Source: an uncultured Methanoregulaceae archaeon
Lineage (GTDB): Archaea > Halobacteriota > Methanomicrobia > Methanomicrobiales > Methanospirillaceae
DNA: 64,000 bases
Assembly (NCBI GenBank): GCA_963737635.1
Contig: CAVTTL010000001.1
Span: 288,001 to 352,000 of the forward strand
Direction of reading: 5' to 3'
The notes beneath the pieces are model-generated. The model had not been told where the DNA came from. It ran no database searches and was given only the letters and a program-made list of their open reading frames with translations. The translations under genes were made by a program, and so were the position numbers. Each line of letters starts with the position of its first letter. The first letter of the stretch is position 1. Shown here in pieces: positions 62,974 through 64,000 of the stretch.

Positions 62974-63999
62974 TCAGATAAAGAAGCGGAATACAACCCA
63001 CGATATGATCAGCATAATCGCTGAGTATTTGAGACCTGCAACGACCCGCCCTTCACCCATCTGGCCCGCACAGAGGCCGGAAAAGAAGCCCTGAATCATC
63101 GCGGCATGGGAGAACAGGCGTTTGTATGCCGGGAGATCTATCCTTCCCATAAACTTGCTGCTTGCAGCCGTCATCTGCGCCGCCGTTCCTGCCGTTGCCA
63201 TCGTGGTTAAAAAGGAACTCACCAGTACCGCAATAACAAACAGGAAGACCGCAAACGAGACAAGGACGATGATCACGTAGATCAGCATGTTATTCCGGCG
63301 TTCTTGGGAAAGGTTGACTACTTCGAAGGTATCGTTTGCCGCTGCGCGAAGGACTTCGCTGATGTCCCCGCCGGCCTTACTTGCCTTTGCAATCAAATCT
63401 ACACTCCGGTCGGCAAGTGGGGTGCCAAGGTTTTTGCCAAACCGGTACATTGCCTCAACGAAACCGACTCCCCATGACATCTCATTGTCCATTTTCCGGA
63501 TGTGAGGGCTCAGAGCACCATATTCCGCACTGGCGACAAGATGGATGGCGTTTGGGAGGGTCATACCGGAATCATTCATACCCGCAAGATCGCGGAAGAA
63601 GTTAGGGAGTGCGCCTTCAAGGTTATTAATTCTCGACTGTTCCCTGAGATCGAGAACTGCGACGGGAATTATCGAGATAAGAATTGCAAGCACCGCAAAA
63701 TCGTCAACTACGGTCGATGTGAAGAGCACGGAGATGCCATACATCTTTACCACAGAGATAAAACCGCCGATAAAGACAATCAGCGACAACGGGATGCAGA
63801 CAATGAGGATATTTTCGGGTTTTTCCACAAGGACACTGACCGGGTGTTTGAGGAATCGTCCGAACCCTTCCTGGCTTTTACGCTCAGCTTCTAATTTCTC
63901 GCTGATCTCAGTAATTTCGCGTTCCGTTGCATCCATTTCGGCTTGGTTGAGAGGCCGGGGAGACTGGGAACGCTGATCCTTCTGTTTTCCGAGTAGTAT
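62974..63999 (-). CDS. Type II secretion system F / TadC-FlaJ family membrane protein (probably 5'-truncated by the window edge)
   Basis: LPNFFRDLAGMNDSGMTL, ASKAGGDISEVL, GLCAGQMGEG; frame open to the window end. Confidence 0.88.
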   Translation of the reverse strand: MLLGKQKDQRSQSPRPLNQAEMDATEREITEISEKLEAERKSQEGFGRFLKHPVSVLVEKPENILIVCIPLSLIVFIGGFISVVKMYGISVLFTSTVVDDFAVLAILISIIPVAVLDLREQSRINNLEGALPNFFRDLAGMNDSGMTLPNAIHLVASAEYGALSPHIRKMDNEMSWGVGFVEAMYRFGKNLGTPLADRSVDLIAKASKAGGDISEVLRAAANDTFEVVNLSQERRNNMLIYVIIVLVSFAVFLFVIAVLVSSFLTTMATAGTAAQMTAASSKFMGRIDLPAYKRLFSHAAMIQGFFSGLCAGQMGEGRVVAGLKYSAIMLIISWVVFRFFI

Positions 64000-64000
64000 G

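Overview
Archaeal DNA, very probably a Methanomicrobiales methanogen of the Methanoregula type. Basis: archaeal ribosomal proteins L21e, S19e, L39e, L31e and LX, plus RpoF, Pus10, TrmY, SRP54, aIF6, Tfx, and PKD/PGF-pre-PGF surface proteins ending [17 protein letters not shown]. (1) 1-7.5 kb: accessory island of secreted proteins (Kelch protein, I42 inhibitor, a translationally coupled halocin C8-like/4-TM/lipoprotein trio, a G1-peptidase-like PKD protein) with a divergent PPC protein and membrane-anchored double-HTH regulator; two intergenic regions share an identical 24-bp operator arm. (2) 7.5-23.4 kb: ABC exporters, TetR, USP, a radical SAM/SPASM plus B12-radical SAM pair (candidate GMGT lipid synthase/methylase) and small genes. 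(3) 23.5-35.5 kb: block between hemK2 and ksgA holding Tfx, two surface proteins that share an unassigned ~220-aa domain, and a row of HicAB/DUF1016 pieces separated by three copies of the surface-protein 3' end. (4) 35.6-64 kb: mostly housekeeping; 42.3-57.2 kb looks inverted relative to the usual LX-pfdA-ftsY order, and a bacterial-type decarboxylase/antiporter pair sits at one breakpoint. About a dozen single-base insertions, several in conserved housekeeping genes, point to consensus errors, so split ORFs are reported joined. No tRNA, rRNA, CRISPR array, transposase or integrase was recognised. Family assignments come from motif recognition by eye, not database searches.
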